From positions 1 to 64,000 of IMG/VR virus record IMGVR_UViG_3300021400_000143: a DNA stretch of 64,000 nucleotides, one strand, 5' to 3'. Within the stretch, counting starts at the first letter, position 1. Every line of letters starts with the position of its first letter. The stretch is from a virus (lineage: Duplodnaviria > Caudoviricetes). The notes under the pieces were generated by a model. It saw only the letters and a program-made list of their open reading frames with translations. It was not told the origin of the DNA and did no database searches. The position numbers were made by a program, and so were the translations under genes. This document shows, in pieces, positions 1 to 9,291 of the stretch.

Positions 1-266
1 ACATCAACACCAGTAGGAATATCATCGCTAATTCCTCGCCTTAAACGATTGATATTGCAATTATAAAGACCTTTACTGCAATCCATTTCATCTACCATTA
101 GATAATAGCGCAAGAGATTAAGGAGTGTGGTTTTACCACAACCATTCTCACCTACAATAATGTTTACACCATTGATAAAATCAATAGACAGACCATCTTG
201 AAATAAATCTGCTGCGTAGTGTAAAGGAGTGTCAGACTTATCTTTAATTGTAATTTTTGTTATCAT
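1..266 (-). CDS. ABC/SMC-type P-loop ATPase, N-terminal part (runs off window edge)
   Basis: Manual translation from ATG at 266: MITKITIKDKSDTPLHY...DFINGVNIIVGENGCGKTTLLNLL; Walker A in the ABC-ATPase context. Not in the ORF track. Confidence 0.75.
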   Translation of the reverse strand, partial: MITKITIKDKSDTPLHYAADLFQDGLSIDFINGVNIIVGENGCGKTTLLNLLRYYLMVDEMDCSKGLYNCNINRLRRGISDDIPTGVD

Positions 267-268
267 AA

Positions 269-553
269 CTATTCTCCTTTCATTGCTGTACGGAAATCAT
301 TAACCATATATTCTATTCCAAGGGCATTAGTGGAATAATACTTGATATTATTTACAAGCCATTCGCAAGCCTTCTTGATTAAAGCATTTGTCTCTTTATC
401 AATAGCAATAATGGCTACTTCATATTCTACGAGTTCTCCATCATCACTATATTCAGTACCACCGCCAATAGGCTCTGTTGTCTGTCTTAATTGATTTAGA
501 AATTCAATAGGGTCTGAACACTTGTCAGACAAGTATTTTGCTTTTAAATCCAT
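269..553 (-). CDS. Hypothetical phage protein (C-terminal 'ACEWL...F..AM' motif family)
   Basis: ORF tightly packed in operon; C-terminus resembles that of 977-1249. Confidence 0.7.
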   Translation of the reverse strand: MDLKAKYLSDKCSDPIEFLNQLRQTTEPIGGGTEYSDDGELVEYEVAIIAIDKETNALIKKACEWLVNNIKYYSTNALGIEYMVNDFRTAMKGE

Positions 554-554
554 A

Positions 555-974
555 CTACTTCTTTAACTTTTCGATGATAACTTTTTCTGCTACTTCACAA
601 ATATCTTTTTCAATATCATACTCTTCAAGTTTTTTGAGTATTTCACTTCTCCAAGACCTAATAGCATTGTTTATCTCCTTAGAACACTCTTTTAACTCTT
701 CACTTACAAGATGATTGAGTTCCGATTTAGCTTGTTCCTTTATAAGTTTCTTATATTCAATCGTAAAGACATTGCCCCAACTACTACCAAAGAACTCAGT
801 TTTGATTTCTCTCTTTGCAGAATTGACAATATCATTCGTGATGTTTAATAATTTTGCACTACGCTTTCCAATTCCATCAATGATAGAATCTTTAATGCGA
901 ATTTGTACTTCTGGGTCAGCAGCCAATTTCTCGATAGTCTGCTTGTCTTGTAATACAATAATAATTTTGTCCAT
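555..974 (-). CDS. Hypothetical protein
   Basis: 139-aa ORF with 1-2 nt gaps to both neighbours. Confidence 0.7.
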   Translation of the reverse strand: MDKIIIVLQDKQTIEKLAADPEVQIRIKDSIIDGIGKRSAKLLNITNDIVNSAKREIKTEFFGSSWGNVFTIEYKKLIKEQAKSELNHLVSEELKECSKEINNAIRSWRSEILKKLEEYDIEKDICEVAEKVIIEKLKK

Positions 975-976
975 AA

Positions 977-1249
977 CTATTCCTCCATTGCTTGTTTAAA
1001 TCTTTCTATTGTAGTATCTGCAAGAATAGTTGACCTTCTCAACCATTCGCAAGCTCTGTCAATCATTTGTTTCTTCGCTTGCTCTGCGCTGACTAAAGAA
1101 ATGCAAGCAAATGTATTTCTAACTGGGTGCTCGTCTGACCATTCAGCACCATGAATAAACCCATGTTCAATAGCAACTTCTGGATATGCAAGCCTATTAG
1201 CTTTTGCATATGCTTTTGCTTGTTGTAGTATTTCTTCTTCTCTTATCAT
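977..1249 (-). CDS. Hypothetical phage protein (GFIHGAEW motif family)
   Basis: Start chosen at ATGA overlap with upstream stop (1246-1249); GAEWSDEHP and IDRACEWL motifs. Confidence 0.7.
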   Translation of the reverse strand: MIREEEILQQAKAYAKANRLAYPEVAIEHGFIHGAEWSDEHPVRNTFACISLVSAEQAKKQMIDRACEWLRRSTILADTTIERFKQAMEE

Positions 1250-2793
1250 TGCATTCTTTGTTTTAGTGATTTGAGCCAAAACAGAAACCTATCATAAGTC
1301 GCAAGGTCATAATCTGGAGCATTATTTTTGTTTGTCTCAATCTCGTCAATTATCCCTTTAAGATTTCTTTCATCCTCCTCACTCCAATCTTGGTCACTTA
1401 TCTTAGTCACTTTTAATTGACTAAGTTCCTTTGTCTCTCGGTTCCAAACCCAACCATTCTCTTTCATCTTTGAGAATAGTAAATCCTGTTGTTCTTTAGT
1501 TGCTGGATAGCATTTTTCATTTGTCAAACAACTTAAACTACTCACATGAAAGACACCATTAATTAAACCGCAATATGCAGTAGGCTTTCCTGCCATGTAT
1601 TCTTCTTTAAAGATGAATATGCTTCCATTACATGCAAGAATATCACCGTTCTTGGCATCATTTATTGACCAAAGATGGTAATCATTATCTACTTCAACAA
1701 TTCTTAAATATCCCATTATTTTACCATCAAGAGGCCAAAGACAATATTCATCATCTCTAATTTCAGTAATTTGGTAAACACCTCCACTATTGTTATTAAC
1801 AACCCAATCTCCAATTTTAAACTTTAATTCAACTTTATTTGCATTATCAACTTTTACCTCATGATTTGCTTCAATTGCAGATTTAGGTGCAAAATCCTTC
1901 TGTTGAATATTGACATTTTCATAATCAAAAAGCTTCTGCCCACCTTTATTTCCTGCATCATAAAGAAACAACATACAATTTTTTGATACATTAAAATCTG
2001 GCAGTCCTGTAGTGCCATTAGAATAAAAAGATACTGTATCTTCTTGTTCTAATATTGCTCTTGTGCAGCCTTTATTTAAAGGTTGCTTGTAACACGTGAT
2101 TATTCCATTTTTTTCATCAACTTCTGCAAGCCAAAGTTTACCATATAATGGAGAATACAGTTCAGTTTCATTCGGATAATGTTTTAATATCTCAACAAGG
2201 TTTATTTCTTTTTGCTCACCTTGTTTTTGAAGAATTTGTAAATCCGTCAATAAAGAATAAAGCAACTTTGTATTTTGGTCATATGGAGAAGCATAGCCAC
2301 TTTCTCCAACACTTCTGATAAAATGAGTAAGAGCATTTATTTGCTCTATAGTTGGTTTCCAAGTAGTCTTGTATTCAACTTGATTTTCAAGCCAAGCAAT
2401 GTTTTTATCAATATCTGCTTTGCCATATTGATTATAGGTATCAAGACTTCTTGCATATTCAAGTACCTGTATTGTACTTCTACGTCTTACATCATCCATC
2501 ATTTTAGTGAAACAATAGTCTGTTTCGTCTTTAGATGGTTCCCCACTTGTTTCTTTGCCTTGCTTTTCAAGCCAAGCAATACATTCTTTCACTTTGACAC
2601 CTTCCCACCACACATACTCAGGCTCTCCGTAGTCTTTAAACCCTTGAAGCATTCCCTTTCTTATTCTCTCATTCTCCGACTCTTTAAGTTCGGGAAATAC
2701 TTCTTCCACATCATTTCGGATAAATCCACATTCTCCGTTTATTACTTGTCTTGCCCATTCAAGGGCATTTTCATATTTTTTCTTGTAGTCCAT
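1246..2793 (-). CDS. Modular hypothetical protein (ELKESE.ERIRK / IAWLEKQ / KFKIGDW / WSEEDE modules)
   Basis: 515-aa ORF with internally repeated modules; paralogous to 14276-14806. Confidence 0.8.
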   Translation of the reverse strand: MDYKKKYENALEWARQVINGECGFIRNDVEEVFPELKESENERIRKGMLQGFKDYGEPEYVWWEGVKVKECIAWLEKQGKETSGEPSKDETDYCFTKMMDDVRRRSTIQVLEYARSLDTYNQYGKADIDKNIAWLENQVEYKTTWKPTIEQINALTHFIRSVGESGYASPYDQNTKLLYSLLTDLQILQKQGEQKEINLVEILKHYPNETELYSPLYGKLWLAEVDEKNGIITCYKQPLNKGCTRAILEQEDTVSFYSNGTTGLPDFNVSKNCMLFLYDAGNKGGQKLFDYENVNIQQKDFAPKSAIEANHEVKVDNANKVELKFKIGDWVVNNNSGGVYQITEIRDDEYCLWPLDGKIMGYLRIVEVDNDYHLWSINDAKNGDILACNGSIFIFKEEYMAGKPTAYCGLINGVFHVSSLSCLTNEKCYPATKEQQDLLFSKMKENGWVWNRETKELSQLKVTKISDQDWSEEDERNLKGIIDEIETNKNNAPDYDLATYDRFLFWLKSLKQRMQ

Positions 2794-2805
2794 AGTTATT
2801 CTTCA

Positions 2806-3078
2806 TTATAATAATGGTTTGATTTCAGTTATATATATTTGATAGTTGTTCTCGTCTTGATTGAACTTATTGCAGTATTTTTCTGCTTTTGCTTTATCAA
2901 AGAATACTTCTTCAACATAGTCGGAGTGTTCATCACATCGAGTGACTACATACACAATAGATGTAAGTTCATCTATCTCTTTGTCTTTCTTCTTGATTAT
3001 TCTGCCCTGCTTGTAGATAACCACAACAAGCAAGACGATAAAAAAACCTAAAATGATTACTGCTATTCCCATCATCAT
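2806..3078 (-). CDS. Small membrane-anchored hypothetical protein
   Basis: N-terminal hydrophobic helix followed by KQGRIIKKK. Confidence 0.65.
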   Translation of the reverse strand: MMMGIAVIILGFFIVLLVVVIYKQGRIIKKKDKEIDELTSIVYVVTRCDEHSDYVEEVFFDKAKAEKYCNKFNQDENNYQIYITEIKPLL

Positions 3079-3281
3079 TTTCTATTTTCAAAGTTATAAA
3101 CTATCTTTTCTAAAACCGTAATCCTTGCGCTCTCATGGAGTTTTAGCAGCTCCTTTGCAAGTTCATACTCTGCAAGTGCAACCGCCTTATGTGCGTTTGA
3201 TATTGAGAGCATAGGTGTTGTTGTTCCATTGTTGTAATCAACGGCTACTTTGTGTTCTGCAATAAATTCTTTTGGTTTCAT
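3075..3281 (-). CDS. Hypothetical protein
   Basis: 4-nt overlap coupling with downstream ORF. Confidence 0.6.
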   Translation of the reverse strand: MKPKEFIAEHKVAVDYNNGTTTPMLSISNAHKAVALAEYELAKELLKLHESARITVLEKIVYNFENRK

Positions 3282-3282
3282 A

Positions 3283-3627
3283 TTACTTTACGAATGATGT
3301 GCCTTGCGCTTCATCGAAGTTTGGGCAGTTGGTTTCACTTATTTTACAAATTCCTTCCACTCTCTTGGCTTTAAGACCAAGTTCAAAGAAATATTCTGCA
3401 ATGCGAAATAACTCATCCTCAGATAGATGCCCATTATCCTTGCCAATAAGAGTGTCAAGGAAATCGTAAAATTCTTTTTCTAAATCAACTTCTTTCACTT
3501 CAAGAGTATCAAGGAAATCACGTAAACCTACAAGAGCGTATCTACCACTTGTAATTTGGTTTGGGTCATAAGAGTTCAAAACTCTATTTATCTCCGCTAT
3601 AACTGCGGTTTTGTCTATTAGTTCCAT
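3283..3627 (-). CDS. Hypothetical phage protein (MELIDK.A..AEI family)
   Basis: Operon packing; common Bacteroidetes-phage N-terminus. Confidence 0.65.
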   Translation of the reverse strand: MELIDKTAVIAEINRVLNSYDPNQITSGRYALVGLRDFLDTLEVKEVDLEKEFYDFLDTLIGKDNGHLSEDELFRIAEYFFELGLKAKRVEGICKISETNCPNFDEAQGTSFVK

Positions 3628-3628
3628 A

Positions 3629-3847
3629 TCATTTTAGTTTTTCGATTTTGTCTTTAAGTTTACCATATTCCTTTTCAATATACTCTGCCATCATTGCGCT
3701 GGAGTAATCGCATACCTTGCCCGTCTTGATATATGCAATACCTACTACAAGTGGGTAGATGATAAACCCAAAAAGAAAGGCAATACATTCCAACAAGAAA
3801 AAAGGAATGTAGAATAATGCGTAAAGTGTTCTGTAAAAGTAAATCAT
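3629..3847 (-). CDS. Small membrane protein
   Basis: Long hydrophobic N-terminal half; ATGA-type overlap. Confidence 0.6.
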   Translation of the reverse strand: MIYFYRTLYALFYIPFFLLECIAFLFGFIIYPLVVGIAYIKTGKVCDYSSAMMAEYIEKEYGKLKDKIEKLK

Positions 3848-4254
3848 AATTCAATCTCTTTTTTAATTCTGCACACCTTTAATGCGTGCTGGAGTTCGTG
3901 AACAAAACTACAATCGTAATTAAGCCAACAATCTTTAGAGTCAATTTCAATACATGTTGCAATGTTTTTATCATTAACAAATACTCTTACTCTACACTCT
4001 TCTTTGCTGACATACTGATAGGTAAGTCCATTAAAAACGGTGATTATACTTTCAAACCCATTCTTTTCCAAGATTTCGGGAGTGAGCGGAATTGGCTCTA
4101 ATTCTTCAAGAAAAAACGGACCAACTCGTGAACCATCAGCGGTTATACCATAGAAGTATTTCTCGTTATCATTTATGCGGGTTAGCTTAAATGGGTTTTC
4201 TCTCCATTTTTTACCTGTAACCCAATCTCCAAGCATTAAATCTGTTGCTTTCAT
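3844..4254 (-). CDS. Conserved phage protein (MKATDLMLGDWV...PIPLTPEILEKNGF...HELQH)
   Basis: Start trimmed to ATG 4254; recognisable Bacteroidetes-phage family motifs. Confidence 0.75.
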   Translation of the reverse strand: MKATDLMLGDWVTGKKWRENPFKLTRINDNEKYFYGITADGSRVGPFFLEELEPIPLTPEILEKNGFESIITVFNGLTYQYVSKEECRVRVFVNDKNIATCIEIDSKDCWLNYDCSFVHELQHALKVCRIKKEIEL

Positions 4255-4255
4255 A

Positions 4256-4459
4256 TTATTCCCCTTTCGTTGATTTGTATAAATCTTTATTGTCTGTATC
4301 TTGCAATTCGCACTTGCCAGCAATTAAGACAGGGCAGTATTCATCACAACCACCCACCATACCATAAGCCTCACAGTCAGTAAGAATACCATTTGGCATA
4401 CCATCATCAATTTCTGCAAGTGCGTGCCCTAAATCGAGTTTTAATGTATTACCATTCAT
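4256..4459 (-). CDS. Small Cys-rich hypothetical protein
   Basis: C-x7-C-x2-C-x7-C pattern; operon packing. Confidence 0.6.
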   Translation of the reverse strand: MNGNTLKLDLGHALAEIDDGMPNGILTDCEAYGMVGGCDEYCPVLIAGKCELQDTDNKDLYKSTKGE

Positions 4460-4461
4460 AC

Positions 4462-4689
4462 TTATTCTCCTTTCAGTTCCTTAATAAGTTCCTCCACATT
4501 TCTTAAAAATCTTGTCTTTGTCGATGAATCAGAGTAAAAATATGCGCCCTTGGCTAAATCCTCAATTTTGTTCAGCACCATTTCAGCACCATCTACATAG
4601 CCAGCATATCTGTCATACACGCATACAGTTTCATCCTTGACTGAATCAAGGTAAGTGTCACTTAATTGTTTGATACTTTTTGCTTCCAT
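4462..4689 (-). CDS. Hypothetical protein (GYVDGAE motif)
   Basis: Motif related to 977-1249; operon packing. Confidence 0.65.
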   Translation of the reverse strand: MEAKSIKQLSDTYLDSVKDETVCVYDRYAGYVDGAEMVLNKIEDLAKGAYFYSDSSTKTRFLRNVEELIKELKGE

Positions 4690-4691
4690 AA

Positions 4692-4862
4692 CTATCCTTT
4701 TGTTTCCAAGATTTTAATTTGTGCCTTTAATTCTGTGATGTTATTCAGAAGGCTCTTTGTCAAACTGCGTTCCTCCAGTAACTTATCATAGAGCCTTGCA
4801 GCAATGAATGCCGCTGCGAGGAATAATGCAAAGGTGATACCAAGTGTTATATAAAGTCCCAT
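4692..4862 (-). CDS. 56-aa membrane-anchored coiled-coil peptide
   Basis: Manual translation MGLYITLGITFALFLAAAFIAARLYDKLLEERSLTKSLL...; fills the gap exactly. Confidence 0.65.
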   Translation of the reverse strand: MGLYITLGITFALFLAAAFIAARLYDKLLEERSLTKSLLNNITELKAQIKILETKG

Positions 4863-4879
4863 AACAATGTATTTTTAAG

Positions 4880-5296
4880 TTAAACCATTTCTGCGTATTC
4901 ATCTTCCTGTTCCCATCCCTCACAAGCCTTTGCGAGAACAGCCCAATAGTCCTTTCGGCTATTTCGTGGTCGTGTAGGTGTTTCGCCTTTCGCCAATGTG
5001 AGTGCAATCTCCTTCAACTTCCCTATTAGGTCGGCTGGAGTGTATTCTTGATTCTTCCATTCAGAAACCCAATCTGTGTTGCTAAAGTCGGGTTCTTCGG
5101 TAACGGCAATGTATCTGCCATCATCCCATTCGGGATATGTAGAGCCTGCAATGTAGTCGGTTGTGCTAACTTCGGCAACTCTCTTCAAGATGCAAGAAAA
5201 CTCGACTTCTCGCACTTCTTCTTCGGGGTCGCTTTGGTTCCAAGGCGCACGGGCATCGTGTTCCGCCCCTGCTGGATACCATCCTGATTCACTCAT
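4880..5296 (-). CDS. Acidic hypothetical protein (YPAGAEHD..APWN N-terminus)
   Basis: Recognisable phage N-terminal motif. Confidence 0.7.
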   Translation of the reverse strand: MSESGWYPAGAEHDARAPWNQSDPEEEVREVEFSCILKRVAEVSTTDYIAGSTYPEWDDGRYIAVTEEPDFSNTDWVSEWKNQEYTPADLIGKLKEIALTLAKGETPTRPRNSRKDYWAVLAKACEGWEQEDEYAEMV

Positions 5297-5320
5297 ATTT
5301 AAATATTATTTTTTTGGTTA

Positions 5321-6277
5321 TTATTCTTTGATGACTTCCGTAAATTCACCATTAACTAACTTATACCATGTATCTTCCTTGATGCGCTCGCCATCAACGT
5401 ATTCAGTCTTGACGCATTTTGGTTTCCAACGTCCGTCAGTGTCTATGTGCCATTCAGCAAGTGTTATCCATGAGCCTTTCTTTGCTTTTGCTATCGAATC
5501 ATTCCCAGCGCACATGATAACAGAATCATTTCCAGTGCTATTTATCTGTGCATAGTCACCGCTGCTGCCAATCTTTGCAGAGTAACCGCTGCTGCCAATC
5601 TGTGCATAGTCACCGCTGCTGCCAATCTTTGCAGAGTAACCGCTGCTGCCAATCTGTGCAAAGTCACCGCTGCTGCCAATCTTTGCATAGTCACCGCTGC
5701 TGCCAATCTTTGCAAAGTCACCGCTGCTGCCAATCTGTGCATAGTAACCGCTGCTGCCAATCTTTGCATAGTAACCGCTGCTGCCAATCTTTGCAAAGTA
5801 ACCGCTGCTGCCAATCTGTGCATAGTAACCGCTGCTGCCAATCTTTGCAGAGTCACCGCTGCTGCCAATCTTTGCATTTCTTTTGTCTTTGTCGCTAAGA
5901 TTATCTTCGTTGACATTCTTTTGTGAAGTCTTTTCTTTTATCCACTCAATACCAAGTTTGATAAAGTCGGAAAACTTTAATTCAGCATTAATCTTGATTT
6001 TGGATGAAACATTTTTTCTGCAATCATTCTCTTTCTTGATTATTCCGCTTTGCTCGACTTCGCAAAAACGTGCAAGTTCCGCGTTATCATCAAGAAAATA
6101 ATAGTCAAATACATTAAAAGGTGAGTCGCAAGCGTGAAATCCTTGCTCACACAATTTGGGTTCTACTCCTTTTGCCAATTCATATTCCTTGCCAACTTCG
6201 TACTGAAATCCTCTACATTTGAGGTCTTTGTCAAAGCCTTTGTAGGCGATGATTTTTGTTCCTTCTTCTTTAGCCAT
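5321..6277 (-). CDS. Repeat-containing phage protein (IIAYKGFDKDLKCRGFQYEVG N-domain + 9-aa repeats + conserved C-terminus)
   Basis: Widespread phage family architecture; 12 x A[KQ]IGSSG[DY][SYF]. Confidence 0.85.
   Translation of the reverse strand: MAKEEGTKIIAYKGFDKDLKCRGFQYEVGKEYELAKGVEPKLCEQGFHACDSPFNVFDYYFLDDNAELARFCEVEQSGIIKKENDCRKNVSSKIKINAELKFSDFIKLGIEWIKEKTSQKNVNEDNLSDKDKRNAKIGSSGDSAKIGSSGYYAQIGSSGYFAKIGSSGYYAKIGSSGYYAQIGSSGDFAKIGSSGDYAKIGSSGDFAQIGSSGYSAKIGSSGDYAQIGSSGYSAKIGSSGDYAQINSTGNDSVIMCAGNDSIAKAKKGSWITLAEWHIDTDGRWKPKCVKTEYVDGERIKEDTWYKLVNGEFTEVIKE
5553..5876 (-). repeat. 12 tandem 27-bp repeats within the CDS
   Basis: Invariant core ccgctgctgccaatct on the plus strand, repeating every 27 nt. 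Confidence 0.95.
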
Positions 6278-6291
6278 GATTTAATTTGAAT

Positions 6292-6465
6292 TTAGTCGTT
6301 ATGATTGTATGCTTCCTCACGATGGTAATTGCTCACCATAATGCGATGAATTATTTCTCTCGCTTCTTCGCTTTCGCATTGCTCTTTCAGATTGGAAATC
6401 AAATCCCATTGATAGAATGGCATTGTCTGCGCTTTTGCAATTAGTTGCTTGTCTTTTTCACTCAT
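6292..6465 (-). CDS. 57-aa hypothetical protein
   Basis: Manual translation MSEKDKQLIAKAQTMPFYQWDLISNLKEQCESEEAREII...HREE. Confidence 0.65.
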   Translation of the reverse strand: MSEKDKQLIAKAQTMPFYQWDLISNLKEQCESEEAREIIHRIMVSNYHREEAYNHND

Positions 6466-6507
6466 AATGATTTAGTTTTTAGTTGTTAGTTAATTCTTGA
6501 TACATAG

Positions 6508-6699
6508 TCATAATTCGTCGTCTTTATCAAGTAAGTCGCCAAGTTCTTTTTTCACTTTCGGAGTAATATACAAAGCCCATACTACAAACGGAATTGTAAG
6601 TATAGACCCTGCAAATACCAGTGATAAACATATTGCTGCACTGAAACAAAATGCAAGAACTTTCTGCTTTGTATTCATCTTTTTAAGTAAATCGTTCAT
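6508..6699 (-). CDS. Small two-TM membrane protein
   Basis: Hydrophobic core with charged ends. Confidence 0.6.
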   Translation of the reverse strand: MNDLLKKMNTKQKVLAFCFSAAICLSLVFAGSILTIPFVVWALYITPKVKKELGDLLDKDDEL

Positions 6700-6715
6700 A
6701 TTATTAAAGCTTTTA

Positions 6716-6747
6716 CAAAGTTATTATTAAATTTTGAATACACCAAA
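6716..6747 (-). promoter_or_regulatory. Bacteroidetes sigma70-type promoter
   Basis: Minus strand TTTG (6747-6744), 20-nt spacer, TAACTTTG (6723-6716). Confidence 0.7.
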
Positions 6748-6771
6748 TTTTTAAAGAACAAAAAAATGCTT

Positions 6772-6972
6772 TTATTCAATTCTCTCAAGCTTATACCATT
6801 CAACATCATCTTCTTCTAAACCCCAAAACTTTATCAAAAAATTCTGCATTTCTTGTTCACGCTGGCTTTTGTTCGATATATTGCTAAACATACCACCATT
6901 AGGAAACGAATAAGTTGGGGTAAGTAAATGCACGTTACCAACCTCTTTAATTGTTGCTTGCCAAGTTATCAT
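6772..6972 (-). CDS. Hypothetical protein
   Basis: ORF coupled by 4-nt overlap. Confidence 0.6.
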   Translation of the reverse strand: MITWQATIKEVGNVHLLTPTYSFPNGGMFSNISNKSQREQEMQNFLIKFWGLEEDDVEWYKLERIE

Positions 6973-7391
6973 AATCCATCAACAAAATCCAATGTGTTAA
7001 TAAATAATTGAGCCATCGCACAATGTTTACCATTCATCACTTCATCAATATTCCAACCAAAATCTCTTTTTAAAGCGTCTTTATATTTCTGTTCTTGTTT
7101 TGGGGTTAAGCACCTTTCTTTCAAGTTTGACATAAAATTGCAACAAATAATAGAACGGCAGAACGTGCTGTCGATAACATCAGAACCACACTCTCTGCTG
7201 ATTTCATCGCACGCACTCGCCCAACGATAATAAACCGCTTTAATATCCTTACATGTTGTTAAACCTTTAAGGTCGTCAAAAACACCGCTGAATAATCCTG
7301 TATAATCTTCTTTGGCAGCACTTTTAATAATAAAATCTTTGATTTCTTTACTTGTTCTCATTTTTCTTTTTTCTTTTAAATTGGTTTTCAA
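6969..7391 (-). CDS. Hypothetical protein
   Basis: 140-aa ORF; true start may be the internal ATG (MRTSKE). Confidence 0.65.
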   Translation of the reverse strand: MKTNLKEKRKMRTSKEIKDFIIKSAAKEDYTGLFSGVFDDLKGLTTCKDIKAVYYRWASACDEISRECGSDVIDSTFCRSIICCNFMSNLKERCLTPKQEQKYKDALKRDFGWNIDEVMNGKHCAMAQLFINTLDFVDGL

Positions 7392-7536
7392 TCAAACGGA
7401 ACGAATCAAACACCATCATCTTTGTCAACATATCACAGTCTTTCAATTCGTCCGTCTTAAATTCTTTCTCTTTGTTATTATAATGCTCAATCGTACATTG
7501 TGCAGTCGAGCCGTTGTAGTCTATTACTATTCTCAT
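7348..7536 (-). CDS. Hypothetical protein
   Basis: Start trimmed to MRIVIDYNG at 7536. Confidence 0.55.
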   Translation of the reverse strand: MRIVIDYNGSTAQCTIEHYNNKEKEFKTDELKDCDMLTKMMVFDSFRLIENQFKRKKKNENK

Positions 7537-7537
7537 T

Positions 7538-7708
7538 TCACTCGTCGTTTGAAGCCCATTTTCCAAAAGCATACGCAAGCACAAAAGGAATGAAAACAGC
7601 ATGAAATATACTACATACAATCTTTTCCAACCAGCTTGCTTCCATGTTAGAATTTAAACCAAGTGTAAACGCAAATGATAATGCGTAAATTAAAATCAAT
7701 GTTTCCAT
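7538..7708 (-). CDS. 56-aa two-TM membrane peptide
   Basis: Manual translation METLILIYALSFAFTLGL...IFHAVFIPFVLAYAFGKW; fills the gap exactly. Confidence 0.6.
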   Translation of the reverse strand: METLILIYALSFAFTLGLNSNMEASWLEKIVCSIFHAVFIPFVLAYAFGKWASNDE

Positions 7709-7709
7709 A

Positions 7710-7904
7710 TTACTTATTTTTGTTTTGCTCTCTTAAATAATCAACTATTGCAGCCATTGTGTCAAAAGAAATGTCAACATTGTAAAAAGAATCAATCTTG
7801 TAGCTGATTTCATCTTCCCAAACCGTAACTTGTCCGTCGCAACTTTCTTTTTCCGCGAGCGATTTAATATAATCTTGTTGTTCCTTAGTTTTTGCTTGTA
7901 ACAT
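7710..7904 (-). CDS. Hypothetical protein
   Basis: Operon packing. Confidence 0.6.
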   Translation of the reverse strand: MLQAKTKEQQDYIKSLAEKESCDGQVTVWEDEISYKIDSFYNVDISFDTMAAIVDYLREQNKNK

Positions 7905-8508
7905 AGTTATTTATTTTTTTGTTTATGATATTATGTACTTTTTCGTGGCAACATTTGCATAACACAATTACCTCATTGCATGTGTATTCCCATGCTTTGC
8001 GACCAGATTTGTATTTAGGATGATGTACTTGCAGAAAATTAGTGCTACCACATTGCTCACATTTCTTTCCACGCACAACAAAAACGAATTTCCGAAAAGC
8101 CAACCATTTCTCATCAGTCAGTTGTTCACTATAAGGTGTAAACTTTGTCTTTTTTTGAGGATTGGTTTCTTGCTTCTCTTTAACGATTAAATCGTTTATT
8201 GTCTTTCCATTTTGTAGTAAAGATTTTCGTATTAAGCGTTTTGCTTTTTTCTTATCTTTTTTATCAAGTTTGGTGTAACCAAGTTTCTTTGCATTTTTTT
8301 TCATATCTCTTTGTACGAGAATGGTATTGTAAACATTAACTGCATTTTCCAATGTCTGAACTTCTGTCCCTTTCCTTGTTTTCCATCTTTTGTTTTCCCA
8401 ATAATCATAACATTCTTGTGGGTCGCAATACAAACCTTTTTCTGCAATGTATATTTCCAACAATTCCAACTTTGGTTTACCGAATATTGTATCTCCTTGA
8501 AATGTCAT
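7885..8508 (-). CDS. HNH endonuclease with replisome-organiser-like N-terminal domain
   Basis: C-terminal CEQCG..LQVHH..LCKCCHEKVH; N-terminal DPQECYDYWENKRWK...LENAVNVYN. Confidence 0.8.
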   Translation of the reverse strand: MTFQGDTIFGKPKLELLEIYIAEKGLYCDPQECYDYWENKRWKTRKGTEVQTLENAVNVYNTILVQRDMKKNAKKLGYTKLDKKDKKKAKRLIRKSLLQNGKTINDLIVKEKQETNPQKKTKFTPYSEQLTDEKWLAFRKFVFVVRGKKCEQCGSTNFLQVHHPKYKSGRKAWEYTCNEVIVLCKCCHEKVHNIINKKINNYVTSKN

Positions 8509-8526
8509 AATTATACCCTTTATTTT

Positions 8527-9288
8527 TTACCATCTAATATTACCAGCAGATATGTCAATAGCCACGCTTGCATTTAATTCGTAAGTATTAGCACATATTT
8601 TGTATATGTTGTTTCTTGTAGAGAATGTAAAACCATCTATATCTCTATAACAAACATTTTTTGCCAAGATTTGAATAGCGTTTTTGTGTTTACGTACCCA
8701 ATTATTATCAATGGCAAACTTCATAATACGTTGTGCTGTTCTTACGCAATTACCTGTTTCTTTGGCTATGCGCTTAAATCCCAAACCAAATTCTTTATAT
8801 CTTTCATACATACCATTCAAAACACCTTGTTTAACGAGACGTTTCACTAACTTTCTTGCAGCCAAATAGTCTTGACCTTTTTGAGGGTTGGTTGCAATCT
8901 GAATCGTGCGTTTAATAAAGTCTTTATGTGATTGTATGATAAGAGCCAAGAATGAGCGGAGAGAGTAATACACACTTTTAAAAGAGTCAAATACAAACTT
9001 GTCAATGCAAATGTTTCTATCTTTTGTGTGTGATGAAATATTGCATACAATTAAGTGCTGGTTATTATTTCCGTCAAATCTCACCAATCCACTCTTGACA
9101 AGAATGGGTAAGTATTTCTTAATTGTGCTTGCTGAAATATTCGTGGCATTATGCAGTTTATTGATGGTATAGTCACGCATCATAGAAGAACGCCCAAGTT
9201 TGAATTTCATGTAAATAGCGATAGCCACAGCTTTTTGTAGTTGTGGATTGCCTTTACACTCGTTTATTATTTTTCTTCTAATCTGCAT
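8527..9288 (-). CDS. Putative replication initiator / winged-helix DNA-binding protein
   Basis: Very basic; two HTH-like segments (INKLHNATNISASTIKKYL; FKRIAKETGNCVRTAQRIM); start at ATG 9288 just after the structured leader. Confidence 0.5.
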   Translation of the reverse strand: MQIRRKIINECKGNPQLQKAVAIAIYMKFKLGRSSMMRDYTINKLHNATNISASTIKKYLPILVKSGLVRFDGNNNQHLIVCNISSHTKDRNICIDKFVFDSFKSVYYSLRSFLALIIQSHKDFIKRTIQIATNPQKGQDYLAARKLVKRLVKQGVLNGMYERYKEFGLGFKRIAKETGNCVRTAQRIMKFAIDNNWVRKHKNAIQILAKNVCYRDIDGFTFSTRNNIYKICANTYELNASVAIDISAGNIRW

Positions 9289-9291
9289 AAA

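Noticed and set aside
5542-5916. Alternative-frame ORFs MQRLAAAVT... and antisense HSHRCCQS... repeats
   Set aside because: Shadows of the 27-bp repeat array of the 318-aa gene; no independent start context.
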